64,000 bases of DNA, from contig CM059432.1 of the NCBI GenBank assembly GCA_030390025.1, positions 132,992,001 to 133,056,000 of the forward strand, written 5' to 3'. Each line of letters starts with the position of its first letter. The stretch's first letter is position 1. Of the stretch, positions 12,876 through 25,345 are shown piece by piece. The notes under the pieces are model-generated. The model was not told the DNA's origin, did no database searches, and saw nothing but the letters and a program-made list of their open reading frames with translations. The stretch comes from Squalus acanthias (Eukaryota). The translations under genes and the position numbers were made by a program.

Positions 12876-13526
12876 GGGCTGGATTTTCATTGACCCGTGG
12901 AGGCGGGTTTGGAGGCGTGTGGGGAGTTAAAATTGCGAAAAGTGGCGGGCGGGCACAAGTCCGCCTCCATCCCGCCTCCACGCAATTTTGATGAAATCGT
13001 GTCTGCTGGTCCCACCTGCGTCCCGCCTTTAAGAGACGGGATAGGCTGTTAAGGCCCTTAACAAGCACTAAATTGGCTCTATAATGCCATTTTGAAAGGC
13101 CTTTGTGATTTTAACCCTTGTTCTACGTGAAGCACGCCTATTCTGAAACACGATTGTGAAACCTGGCGGGAGCACATTTGGATAGCTGACTATCAGTGGC
13201 TGCGCTGACTATCAGTGGCATCTGGGAGCGGTGGAGCAAAAAAAATTCTCTCGCTCTCTCTCTCTCTGTTCATTTTGCCTCCAGGTCCTTCCACAGCAAA
13301 GGCCAGGCAGTCTCTGAAGACCTTCAATGCAGCAGCAATGATGACATCATCAGAGGCGACTTTCAGACTGAAAACATTAATTGGTTCATGGGTTCCCACA
13401 TGCTGGAACTCAATTGCCCAATTAGGTGAAAATTGCATCCATCTCCCACATCCAATTGGAGTCGGGTGGATAACACAAAAAGCGGATGACACGACCCCAA
13501 CCCGCCCCAGTATCAAAATCCAACTC
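12876..13526. mobile_element. non-autonomous Harbinger element
   Basis: TIR gggctggatttt / aaaatccaactc, TSD GAT, repeated CCCGCC subterminal motifs. Confidence 0.8.
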
Positions 13527-15185
13527 GATATGTTTCCACAGAGACATGGTGAGGAAACAATCTATAAAGGTAAATCAAACAATACCACTCCCGCGTGACT
13601 CTTAATGATAAACTTAGAGCTCCATTAACAGGAAACTGAACCCCTCAGTAGGGGGATGGTGTTTGACAAGGGAGCGGACCTAAACAAGGGGGAAGAAAAA
13701 CCCCAACACACTTTATATTATTAGAGGCTCTTTTGTAACTCTACATCCCTGAAATTATGCTGTGGAATAAACTGGTCAATGCCTGCACTCAAACAGCCGA
13801 GGTTAATAATTTCAGACAATCGGATGAAGCTCGCATTCCACAGGGCTTTGAGTCACAAGACACAGTAGCACATGGCAAGCAAAGTCCGAGTCTCCAAATT
13901 AAAAGGTACAACCTTCGTGGAGCCTGGCCTTTTGGTACCTCTATCATTTCTGTGGTGCCATCCACCACATTACATGGTCCCTTCACAAGTGTCCCAGTGC
14001 AGAGGGCAATTTTCCTCTGGACTCTTCAGCTTATTCTTTTTCTGACTCTTTCTACTTGGCACTGTGGAAGAGTTTTTTAAGGGTGGACAGAGGCGAATTA
14101 GTGCAATAAAAAGACACTATTTTCCCTCTCAAAATGAATGGAGCTGTAAAATACGACCTCTTAAATTAAGATCAAAATTTGTCATTTTTTTTCGAAAAGT
14201 AAAACAAAAACTCAAGTAATCTCAGGTGGTATATTTAGTAGTACTGTTGGAAATAATTAAAATTGGCAATCTTGTATTGCATAATAGAGGCTTAAGCATA
14301 TTTAGGGGCTGGGGAGTTTTACGTCTTTTCTTAAAAAAGGCAAGGTTGAAACCCCTCAGATTCAAATTTCTAACAAGGTAGCTATTGGTTTTGCTCTGCA
14401 TCTGGTTTAATTGTGAGCGCACATTAATTGTGCTTTTTTGTTGTTGCAATCTGCAGTTTTTGTGGTGGCACAGACAAAACAAATGACCCTCAGAGGCCTT
14501 ACAAGATGGATCGAGCCTGTAGACTGCTAGGAAACAAAGCCTGTGCTAGATTAATATTCAGCCCTGACTTACACATCTCACATCTTTTATTGATTGCTCT
14601 GAATAGTACCAGAAAACATTGTAAGTACTGCACTCCATTACGAAACACTGCATCAGTAGAGGGCTGAAAATACATCTACGTTGCTATTGAATGGAATGGT
14701 CAAATTGGAAATTTAGAGAGGAGAATATAAAAAGTAGATGTAATCTAACCCTCTATTGTCCCCAGAATTGTAATACAGCTATAATTTGAAAATGGAGATT
14801 TATGACCTCCTCATTTATTAGTTGAGTGGTTTCGTTTATTTGACACTACATGTTGAAAGCAGGGACTGCTGAATACTTACCACACTGGACCTCTGAGCCT
14901 ATGCAAAGAATTTTCATAAAGGTACCAGACAGCGCCTTATTTAAAGGGGGAGTGGGGTGAATTTATTTTGAAGAATTTTCCTGGACAGTTGCCTAAAAAG
15001 TAAAATGTTGTGATTATGGTAGCAGAAGATTTTGTGTCTTTTGCATAAAGAGCAGCAGTGACTGCATTTCAGAAGGATTTGTTTGGTTGTGAAGTGCTTC
15101 AGCAAGACCTAGGCACATGATAAGACGCTACCTCAATGCAAGTTTGTTCATTCATTCTTGATTTCGGCCTCGGATTATTAAGGGA

Positions 15186-15413
15186 CATAAGAACATAATA
15201 AATAGGAGCAGGAGTAGGCCATACGGCCCCTCGAGCCTGCTCTGCCATTCAATAAGATCGTGGCTGATCTTCGACCTCAACTCCACTATCCCGCCCTATC
15301 CCCATATCCCTTGATTCCCTTAGTGTCCAAAAATCTATCGATCTCAGTCTTGAATATACTCAATGACTGAGCCTCCACAACCCTCTGGGGTAGAGAATTC
15401 CAAAGATTTACAA
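15186..15413 (-). mobile_element. CR1 3' fragment
   Basis: Reverse complement of CR1 3' UTR and ORF2 end. Confidence 0.85.
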
Positions 15414-15717
15414 CATAGGTGACCCTATATAAACAAATGAGACACTAAACTGGGCAAGCGGATTTAGATAGCTCAAATTAGACATTATTTTACATGTGGT
15501 GTTAGTAATGAAGGACATTCAAAGTATTGCACTTAGCAGCCAAGTCTTTGACTTCAGTGCACAGTTCTTTTTGTTACATATCCAGTTCCTGAAAGTTATT
15601 TAAAGTCTTGAAGACCTAAAACTAGCCCCTGGGTGATCGGTCTGCTCAGCACAGGTGTAAAGAACAAAATTGAACAGCAAAACACTTTGCGCCTGTTTCC
15701 AATCACCTGGTAATGCT

Positions 15718-16101
15718 GCCCCTCCATGGCCTCGCCCCTCCCTATCTCTGTCTTGAATATACTCAATGACTGAGCATCCACAGCCCTACAGCCCTCCGAG
15801 ATCTCTGCGCTCCTCCAATTCTGGTGTCTTGAGCATCTCCGATTTCCATCGCTCCACCATTGGCGGCCGTGCCTTCAGCTGTCAAGCCCTAAGCTCTGGA
15901 ATTCCCTCCCAAAACCTCTCCGCCTCTCGACCTCTCTTTCCTCCTTTAAGATGCTTCTTAAAACCTACTTCTGACCAAGCTTTGCCCTAATACCTCCTTA
16001 TGTGGTTCGGTATCAAATTTTACTTGATAACGCTCCTGTGAAGTGCCTTGGGACGTTTTACTACGTTAAAGGCGCTATTTAAATACAAGTTGTTGTTGTT
16101 G
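15718..16101 (+). mobile_element. L2 LINE 3' fragment
   Basis: PPRSLRSSNSG...STIGGRAFSC...LWNSLP, ending in a (TTG)n tail. Confidence 0.85.
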
Positions 16102-16289
16102 TAAAACTAGCCTCTGGGTCATCGGTCTGCTTAGCACAGGTGTTACTGTATTTTGTAAAGAACAAAACTGAACAGAAAAATACTTTGAGCTTGTTTCCAA
16201 TCACCTGGTGATGCTATCTGCGGTTTCCGAGTTCAGTTGAATATTTTCATCTGGTTTAGACTTGAATCAAAATGTGTCATCTTGTTTTA

Positions 16290-16715
16290 GCAATCTTGCC
16301 TCTGAATCAGAATGTTTTGGGCTCAAGCCCCACTCCTGGACTCGAGCACTTCATCTAAAGCCGGCATTTTGGCGCAGTACTGAAGGAGTATTGCAATGTC
16401 AGTGCCACCCTTCAGATACAATGTTAAACTGAGGCCCTGTCTGCTTGTTCAGATGAATGTAAAGTACCCCATGGCACTATTTGAAGAGGAGCAGGAATGT
16501 TCTGCTAGTGCCTTGACCAGCATTCTTTCCTCAACCGAACACCACCAGAAAAAAGAAATGAACTGGTCATTCATCTCATTGCCCTTTTGTGGGAACTTGC
16601 AGTGTGCAAAATGGTTGCTGTGTTTGCCTCCATAACAACAATGGCTGCCCTTCAAAGAGTAATTCATTGGACGTTCTGACGATGGTGCTATATAAATGCA
16701 AATTCTTTTTTCTTT
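16290..16715 (+). mobile_element. Deu-domain SINE (SacSINE1-like), decayed
   Basis: Colinear with the 34069 and 41158 copies, with the L2-type tail ctatataaatgcaa. Confidence 0.75.
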
Positions 16716-16821
16716 CTAATTGTATTCTAGGAACTCACGTTACACCTGATGTTATGAAATTCCTGAATCGGATGATGTTTAAGATTAGGGGCTTAGACGG
16801 TCTACAATGTAGGCAATACAT

Positions 16822-17159
16822 TGGGGTAGATAGAGAGAAACTATTTCCTCTGGTGGGAGAGTCCAGAACAAGGGGGCATAACCTTAAAATTAGAGCTAGG
16901 GCATTTAGGGGTGATGTCAGGAAGCACTTCTTCACACAAAGGGTAGTGGAAATTTGGAACTCTCTCCCTCAGAAAGCTGTTGAGGCTGGGGGTCAATGGC
17001 AAATTTCAAAACTGAAATTCATAGATTTTTGTTAGGTAAGGGCATTAAGGGTTATGGAACCAAAGCGGGTAGATAGAGTTAAGATACAGATCAGCCATGA
17101 TCTAATTGAATGGCGGAACAGGCGCAAGGGGCAGAATGACCTACTCCTGTTCCTATGTT
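16822..17159 (+). mobile_element. CR1 3' fragment
   Basis: DREKLFPLVGESRTRGHNLKIR...RKHFFTQRVVEIWNSLP. Confidence 0.9.
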
Positions 17160-17168
17160 CAATGTCCC

Positions 17169-18310
17169 ATGGACTTCAGTAAGGCTTTTAACAAAGTCCC
17201 GCATGGGAGACTGGTCAAGAAGGTAAGAGCCCATGGGATCCAGGGCAATTTGGCACATTGGATCCAAAATTGGCTTAGTGGCAGGAGGCAGAGGGTGATG
17301 GTCGAAGGTTGTTTTTGTGACTGGAAGCCTGTGTCCAGTGGTGTACCGCAGGGATCGGTGCTAGGGTCCTTTGCTGTTTGTAGTGTACATTAATGATTTA
17401 GATATGAGTGTAGGAGGTATGATCAGTAAGTCGCAGATGACACGTAAATTGGTGGAGTGGTAAATAGCAAGGAGGGAAGCCTCAGGCTACAGGACGATAT
17501 AGACGGGTTAGTTAGATGGGTAGAACAGTGGCAAATGGAATTTAACCCTGAAAAGTGTGAGGTGATGCATTTTGGGAGGACTAACAAGGCAAGGGAATCA
17601 GAGGGACCTTGGTGTGCATGTATATAGATCCCTGAAGGCAGCAGGACAGATAGATAAGGTGGTTAAAAAGCCATATGCGATACTTGCCTTAATTAGACGA
17701 GGCATAGAATATAAGAGCAGGGAGGTTATGATGGAGCTGTACAAAACGCTAGTTAGGCCACAGCTGGAATACTGTGTGCAGTTCTGGTCGCCACACTATA
17801 GGAAGGATGTGATTGCATTTGAGAGGGTGCAGAGGAGATTCACCAGGATGTTACCTGGGCTGGAGCGCTTCAGCTATGAAGAGAGACTGGACAGGCTGGG
17901 GTTGTTTTCCTTAGAGCAGAGAAGGCTGAGGGGGACCTGATTGAGGTGTACAAAATTATGAGGGGCATAGATAGGGTAGCTAGAAAGGAACTTTTCCCCT
18001 TAGTAGAGGGGTCAATAACCAGGGGGCATAGTTTCAAGACAAGGGGCAGGAGGTTTAGAGGGGATTTGAGGAAAAACTTTTTCACCCAGAGTGTGGTTGG
18101 AATCTGGAACTCACTGCCTGAAAGGGTGGTAGAGGCAGGAACCCTCACAACATTCAAGAAGCATTTAGATGAGCACTTGAAACGCCATAGCATACAAGGC
18201 TACGGACCAAGTGCTGGAAAATGGGATTAGAATAGGCAGGGCTTGATGGCCGGTGTGGACACGATGGGCCGAAGGGCCTCTTTCTGTGCTGTATAACTCT
18301 ATGACTCTAT
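17169..18310 (+). mobile_element. 5'-truncated CR1 LINE (RT C-terminal half)
   Basis: DFSKAFNKVPH, GVPQGSVLG, LYKTLVRPQLEYCVQFWSP, and an (ACTCTATG) tail that resumes at 19201. Confidence 0.92.
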
Positions 18311-19200
18311 GGGGGAAAAATTCAGTTGGTTGCGCCTCCCGTTAGCGCCTTAAGAGGACGCTAATGGGGTGCAAAGCAACTAGCGCCCAGGCGCGGCGAA
18401 GTTTGTGCCGCTCGCGAAATTAACGACATTTTGCGGCGGCGCTAAACACTATTGCCACGATCTCCTGCGCCGGCAGATCGTGACATCATTCGAGTGCGCA
18501 ACGTCCCGGTATCGCCCCGGAGCGGATATTGAGTGGCGCCCCCTGCCTTACCGCCTGACGCTAGCAACGACAGGTTGAGGGGAGCGTTCTGCAGTCATGA
18601 AGGGAAAGGGGGAGCGCTATTTAAAGGTGAGCACTTCCTGCCTTTTATTGTTGGTGCCATTTTTGAACTACGCATTCTGAGAGAGAGAGAGAGAGACTTC
18701 TGGAGAGATTCAACATTGTGTGAAGGAGTTTTGGGTACTGAGCAGCACTTTGCAGGTTCATTTTGATTTGCCATTCCTTGTATCGATTTAGAAGAGACTG
18801 TGGGGGCTGCACTCTGAGCTCTTTGCCTGGTACTCTCCATTGTTCTTTCCAGCACATTTGATGTGCAAGTCTCTCCAGGCCGAGATTCAAGGCTGCAATG
18901 AGCAGGATGTGGATGGAAAGCAAGATCAACCCTCCCCTTTAAGAACTGGCCCGTGCCATTGTGTGTGTGTTCCATTGCTGACTGACATTACAAGAGCTTC
19001 GCCAGCGCTCTGAGGTAGCGCCTCGCTCCTCGGCCTTTGCGCCTTAAGACAGATGTGAAGCGCCTGATTTAGCGCTCCAATCAACTCCAGGGGTGATAAA
19101 AGTCAAGTTTGCAGTCAGTGCGATAATTAGCGCCAGGCGCTAATCTTTGCGCCCAGCCGATAATTGCGCCCCAAATGGGGCGATACTGAATTTCTCCCCC
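18311..19200. mobile_element. non-autonomous Harbinger element (second TIR family)
   Basis: TIR gggggaaaaattcagt / actgaatttctccccc, TSD TAT, many TAGCGCC/GGCGCTA subterminal motifs. Confidence 0.85.
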
Positions 19201-19587
19201 TATGACTCTTAAGTGGCCGCACAGCGCTCTGGAGGTCCCGCGCAGCTGGCTCACCGGCTTTTAAAGGGAAAAACCACGCATGCGCGGAAATTTGAATGGG
19301 CCGTTAAAGGGGCCGCGCAGCCCAAAACAAAATTAGGGGGAACATTGCTCCTGTTCCTATGTTCCTAGTAAGCTACATAATATGGATAAATAGGGCAGGG
19401 GCACATGCGAGTATGAAAATACCTTTCCCAAGCAGACTGACCATTACTTTACCAGTGAGACAGGTGCAAGTGAGCTGGGTCAGTCCACTCACGGGATTAC
19501 TATTCACATTGCGCCCACCCCTCCCCCAATCAAACATTTGCTATTTAAAAAAAAAATGTTTTATCTTTTCTCCATTGAGCCCAAAGC

Positions 19588-19714
19588 GGGTAATTTTCAC
19601 TTTGGGCTGGTGGCTGCAGATCGGCTGCCATTTACACTCCCCGCCTGATTTTCCTTTCCATTGACGGGGTGTATAATGTGCGGTCGATCCAGAGCCCAAA
19701 TCAAAATTACCCCC
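19588..19714. mobile_element. short palindromic Harbinger-type MITE
   Basis: gggtaattttcactttgggct / agcccaaatcaaaattaccc. Confidence 0.6.
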
Positions 19715-20069
19715 AATGTGTCCAATACGGTTTGAGTGTCATCGTATCATTGCTGTGGAACTATTGAAAATGTTTCCAACCTTACATCTGTGATAAAATA
19801 GGAATTTTGAACTTGAAAAGTAAATGTTATTTTTTGTTTTCAGTTTTTTGTCTTTTTAATTTCCTGGAACTTTTCCGTTTATTTTGAATCCAAGGCAATT
19901 AAATTCGGCTTGGGATAATAACGTATGGAGGCATTAATATGTTTGGCTGAAGTTCCTCTCTCCGCTCTTTCAGTTGAGGCATTGACCTATTTAAAATAAA
20001 TGGGTTAATTTTCCGTGCCGTCATTTCAAGGGGCGAATGAAGAACTGGGAGAAAAAAAAAAATCAGTAT

Positions 20070-20195
20070 TACAACAACAACTTGCATTTATATAGCGCCT
20101 TTAACGTTGTAAAACATCCCAAGGTGCTTCACAGGAGTGTTTACAAATAAAATTTGACACCGAGCCTCATAAGGAGATGTTGGGACAGGTGACTT
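20070..20195 (-). mobile_element. L2 3' tail fragment
   Basis: Reverse complement of 15990-16100, including (CAA)n. Confidence 0.8.
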
Positions 20196-20817
20196 GATGG
20201 GTGCAGTAACTTTGCAGTGGGCAATTTTGTGTAATATGATTTGATTAGTACCAGCAGAAGAACGGCAATCACGATCTATGTGTAGGAATGATCCTTTAAT
20301 GGTTTTCAAGGGCTATGCAGTCACTTTTTAACTCGTGGAAGTGATGAAAATCATTAACCTAGCGAGGGAGTGCAAAAATATTTCTGCAGGATGACTTGAT
20401 GAAACTGGAAGAGTAGACCGATACATTAAGTAATCTCTCATTTATTACTAGCCGACTGTATTTCAGATAAATTTATTTCTTCAGAAATTAACTATTCAAT
20501 CATCTCTTGTGTTTCTATTGGAATTATATATGTAGGAAGCTACTGATGCCATTCAAAATACATTACAGGTGTCAGTCAGGTTTATTCGAGTGCTTTAGTA
20601 TACTTAACCCCAGTTCACCCTGCAGCTTGCTACAATGGCACTACAATGTTAGGTAATGAAGATTGTTGAGAAATCGTACAACTGGCCAAAAAAGAATCAT
20701 CGTAAAATATGCAGTGGAGTTAGATTGAAGATTGACTACAATTTTTCACAGATACAGTGGGCAATAACAATGGATTCAGTCTACTCTCGAACAATCAGTT
20801 CAGATTAACGAACTAAA

Positions 20818-21249
20818 GTTACATGGAGAGACTAAAGAAGCTGGATTGTTCTCCTTAGAGCGGAGAAGGTTAAGGAGAGATTTGATAGAGGTGTTTAAAA
20901 ACATCAAGGGTTTTGATAGAGTAAATAAGGAGAAACTGTTTCCACTGGTTGAAGGGTTGGTAACCAGAGGATACAGGTTTAAGGTAATTGGCAAAAGAAC
21001 CAGAGGTGAGATGAGGAGAAACATTTTACGAGTGAGTTGTTGTGATCTGGAATGCACTGCCTGAAAGGGCGGTGGAAGCAGATTCAATAGTAACTTTCAT
21101 AAGAGAATTGGATAAATACCTGAAGGGGAGAAAATTGCAGGGTGTTGGGGAAAGAGCAGGGGGGAGTGGGACTAATTACATAGCTCTTTCAAAGAGCCGG
21201 CACAGGCACGATGGGCTGAATGGCCTCCTTCTGTGCTGTAAGACTCTAT
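20818..21249 (+). mobile_element. CR1 3' fragment
   Basis: FSLERRRLRRDLIEVFK...IWNALPERAVEA, with tail actctat. Confidence 0.9.
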
Positions 21250-21736
21250 GGACTAGAAATTGAGTGGTTTATCGCCACCTGCCACCACCATAACCGGGTG
21301 AAACAATGGTGGCCGCGCTCTTCCGCCAGCTGGAGGCGGGTCCCATGGTGGCCGCCATTTTTGGATGGACGGCAGCGCTGCCGATATCAGCGATTGTGAA
21401 AATCATAGAATTGAAGCAGATCGTGACATCACACTTGACGCCCGATCTGTGAGTTTGAGTTCGCCATTCAACTTACCAGCATACCTTAAGTACGACAAGC
21501 TGAGCAAGCGTTGACAAGCAGGAAGGAGGCTCCAGCAGTGATATTTCAAGTGGTCATCAGCAATCACTTGCACCTGACATGTTTGTTCAGCTTGACTGGC
21601 TCTGTGCAACTTTCTGCATCTCCAGCAGCTTTATTAACTACTTTCAAGGTTCTAAGGTAACAGGGAGTGTTGTTGCAAATGGAGAACACCTTCATTCTTA
21701 TTTAAAGGCTTCTGGTCTCAACACTTGCTCACAGTC

Positions 21737-23253
21737 ATGAGGGCTCTACTGGCAGTCCCCCTTGTGCTCGAGTATCTTCGGAAGAGGGAGCGGAGGCAGC
21801 GAAGAAGACGAGAAGATGTGCACAGAGGAGAGAGGAAGAGGGCTTTCAACAGAAGGCCTTACCCACCTAGGGTCTTCCAAGAGCACTTCTCTTACATCCA
21901 CTTAAGCGAGGAGCAGTGTATTAGGAGGCTCCAGCTTCACCAAGGAAGTGGTCACAGAACTCTGCCACCTCCTGCAACCAGACCTGCAGTCTCAGAGTAG
22001 GGTGAACATGGCTCTCCCAGTGGTAGTCAAGGTCACCGTGGCCCTCAATTTCTTTGCCAGCAGGTCCTTCCAGGCTGCAGCAGGAGACATAGCTACAGGA
22101 AACTCTTTCATATCCGGGACCGGGATGGTGCCAGTTGATTAAAAATTCCAGATAACGGAGAGGTATATCTACCGAGGCTATTTTTAACAAACAAAAATAA
22201 AAAAATCAAGAAATGTGCAGTATAATTGGGTACTCCCCTACAGAATGTTGTGTTAAATGGATGGTGGAAGATGCTTGATTAAGTACAGTAATGCCAGTTG
22301 AGGGTAATCCATAACTCTTTAATTACTTAACAGTAAAACAAAACTTATAAACGACTGTATACTGTAGTTTTTGGAGTATGAATTCTGCCGGTTATTAGAG
22401 AATTCCGGATATTTAGGTGCCGTTTAAACGAGAGTTTCCTGTAATAGTTCGCCGTCCATTGCTGCATCCGGGTGGTCACTGAGGCTCTCTACACCAGGAG
22501 AAGGGACTACGTTGTCTTCTCTCTGAGCAGAGAAAAGCAGGATGAGTGCGCATGTGGCTTTGTCAGGATAGCGGGCTTTCCCATGGTGCAGGGCTCCATC
22601 GACTGCACCCATGTGGCTTTGCGGACACCGCATAACAATCCTGAGATCTTCCGTAACCACAAAGGCTACCACTCACTTAATGGGCAGTTGGTGTGTGACC
22701 ACGTCCAATGCTTCCTGATCGTCAATGCCCGCTATCCTGGCAGCAGCCATGATGTCTTCATCCTGTGCCAGTCGGGTGTGCCAGCAATCTTCCAGCCACC
22801 ACAACAACCTTGAGGGTGACTGCTCAGAGATAAGGGCTATCCGCTCTGCACCTGGCTGATGACTCCCCTCCACAACCCCACCACTCGTGCCCAGCACTCA
22901 TATAATGAGAGCCATGCTTCCACCATGAACATCATTAAGCAGACCATCGGGCTGCTGAAGCAATGGTTCCGCTGCCTTGACCGCTCAGGAGGAGTCCTCC
23001 AGTGCACAGTGCAGTGTCCCATTTCGTGGTGGTCTGCTGCATGCTTTACAACTTGGCCATCATAAGGGCATAGCCCTTGCCACCAGGGATTGCAGGACCA
23101 CCTCAGGAGGAGGACAAGGGAGAGGAGGAAGAGCAAAAGGAAGAGGAGCAAGAGGAAGAGGAAAAGGATGAGGAGGGAGAGAGGTGGTAGGCAGCCAATT
23201 CCCCTTCCGGACGGGCTGTCCGTGAACACCCCATCAGACTCCGATTCACATGA
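21737..23253 (+). pseudogene. Harbinger DDE transposase (HARBI1-like family), disrupted
   Basis: [73 protein letters not shown], acidic tail. Contains frameshifts and a MITE insertion. Confidence 0.92.
22096..22441. mobile_element. Tc1/mariner-type MITE inside the transposase
   Basis: TIR caggaaactct / agagtttcctg with TA TSD at 22094-22095 and 22442-22443. AT-rich interior. Confidence 0.85.
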
Positions 23254-23439
23254 ATGAAACCGCAGATCCCCATTGCGCTCCACATCCCCATCATACCATC
23301 CCTTGTCACGGAATATCACAGCGTCCTCCTGGGCATAAAGCTGAAATAATAGACACCACAAAAGATTCCAAACAAAATTATTAAATTTATCAAAAATCAA
23401 TTCACACATATTTACAGTAATGATATAAACTAATCAGCC

Positions 23440-25345
23440 TTAGTTCCTGTCGTTCGGGTGCCCTTTGCCTGACCGAGTGCTCCTACGAAGTGCTCCCCCA
23501 GTGGCTGCGGCATGGCTGGTGGAAGGCTGCTGAGTTTCCATGGGGGAGACTTCAGATGGCCCTGCAGGAAGCCCTCGAGCAGCTCTGGCCCTAGAAGGCT
23601 CGGCTGCAGACTGCACCACCTCGGCATGGGCGGCAGCAGTCTGTGCTGGCTGGCTGACAGGCACCGGGAAAGCCAATAGCGGAGTGGTGGTGGTGCGAAC
23701 AGGAATGCTGTCATCCTGAGAGAGGACAGCAGGGTCCTGCTCCACTGGCCCACTGCCACTCCCCCGGGGCAGCTCCTCAGCACTCCTAGCAATCTGTTGG
23801 AGCACAGATTGCTGGGCTGCTGCGACACCCTGCAAGCCCCGGTCAACAGTGGTAAACCCGGCTATGATGGCAGCAGTCTGAGCTTGCGTGGCAACAAGCT
23901 GAGACTTCATGAGAGCGGTTTGCTCTTCTGCTGCAGCACTAAGACATTGGGTCGCTTCCGCATGTGCTGCAATGGCAGCCTGCAACATCGCCCATCACAC
24001 GCACCATCACGTTTGGGTCGACATGGTCTCTTCGGGAGTCTTTCATCATTTCCAGCCTCGAAATCCTGGGCTCCAAGCTCTGCGCAGAACCCCGTGCAAT
24101 GTTGGAGGCGGACTCTCCATGCTGCTTGTCATTGCCAAGAGGCTCTCTGGCAGGCTTGCCATTGCACCGAGCAACTCGGTGTGCTTGCTCATCACCCTTC
24201 TTCTGAAGGCCGACCCATCGAGGTTCTCATTGGGGTCCTGTGCAGCAGAACTCGCACGCTGGCCCCGAGCTACTCTTTCCCCCTGGCCTTGCTGCAGCCC
24301 AATCGTGCCCGGTGCCTCACCCTGTGCAGATCCCGCTACTGCACTAGTCTCTAAAGTACGTGCAGTGCCAGTTTCTGAGCTGGCGTCTGTGAGTGACAGT
24401 CACAGTGCCGCTGTGTCTTCTTCTTCCTCTTCTTCTCCCCCCTCGCTCTCGTGCATCGTCTCAGGGACAGGCTGCTCAGGTGCTTGTTGTTGATTATCTG
24501 AAAGCAGAAATGAACAAGAGTCAGGTTATGGTGAGGGGAGGGGTGGGGGAAGCAAGATATGCATGCATGTAGCATCAGTAGCTTGAAAGTGAGAAGAGAT
24601 TGTGGGATGAGGGGGAAGTGGGATGTGAGAAGAAGGATTAGGAATGACCATACCATTGTTGTCCCTAAGAGGTTCAACCTTGCCGGTTGCCACGGCCTCT
24701 ATTATCTGCCACCCAATTATGTCCAGAACTCTCTCCTCCAGCTGGCTGAGGTCGTGTATGGCAGCCTGCCCCCCACCTGCCTGCCACCGCTCCCTCTGGT
24801 TATGTGTGACCTTGGCCTGCAAGAGAAAGAGAAATGTGTGAGTGAGTGTGGTGCACTGTGTTTGGGTGATGTGCCTGCCATAGTTGAATAGCTGTCAGTG
24901 TGTGCAAGGTGTGTGTGGTGTAGCAGTGGTAAGGTTGTGAGAGTGAAATGAAGCTCTGATTGTGAGGTGTGGTGGTGATAGGTAGAGATTGTTGGTAGGT
25001 GAGTGCTGGGGGTGTGATGCATTGAGCAGTGTGTCAGCTTTGTGCTGCAGATGGTGGGATATGGCATTTGCTGAAGCCTTCACTCACCTTGACCGCTCGT
25101 GTGAGGTCATTAAACGTCTTTTGGCACTGGATGGCCGACCTTGGCACCACGGTGCTGGCCGTCACATAGGCAGCTATCTCCTGCCACAGCCTTCGCGAGG
25201 TGTGTGGCGAGGGCTTCCTGCCAGTGTGTGGGCCACAGCCACAGCCAGTGCCTCCGCGTCCAAAAATCTCCGGGTTCTCTCCCGTTGAGGACTTTGCAGT
25301 TCCTTCTTCTTCTTGCAGCTGCAGTTCCAACTGCCTTGACAATGA
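23440..25345 (-). pseudogene. Harbinger Myb/SANT DNA-binding partner gene, three exons (~25345-25088, 24816-24654, 24497-23440)
   Basis: RRLWQEIAAYVTA...RSAIQCQKTFNDL then a gtgagt donor. Exon 2 AKVTHNQRERWQAGGG follows a cttgcag acceptor, then gtatg donor and tttcag acceptor. Exon 3 has stops and frameshifts. Confidence 0.85.

Larger units (their letters stand above)
17160..19347. mobile_element. hAT-type MITE split by CR1 and Harbinger insertions
   Basis: Ends are caatgtccc (17160) and gggaacattg (19347). Body 19209-19347 matches the reverse complement of the hAT MITE at 41568-41732. Confidence 0.7.

Noticed and set aside
13757..14080. 107-aa ORF with plausible splice signals
   Set aside because: No recognisable protein similarity and no partner exons.
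23797..24493. Long + strand ORFs (185 and 194 aa)
   Set aside because: Antisense shadows of the minus-strand Myb exon 3, with no independent motifs.
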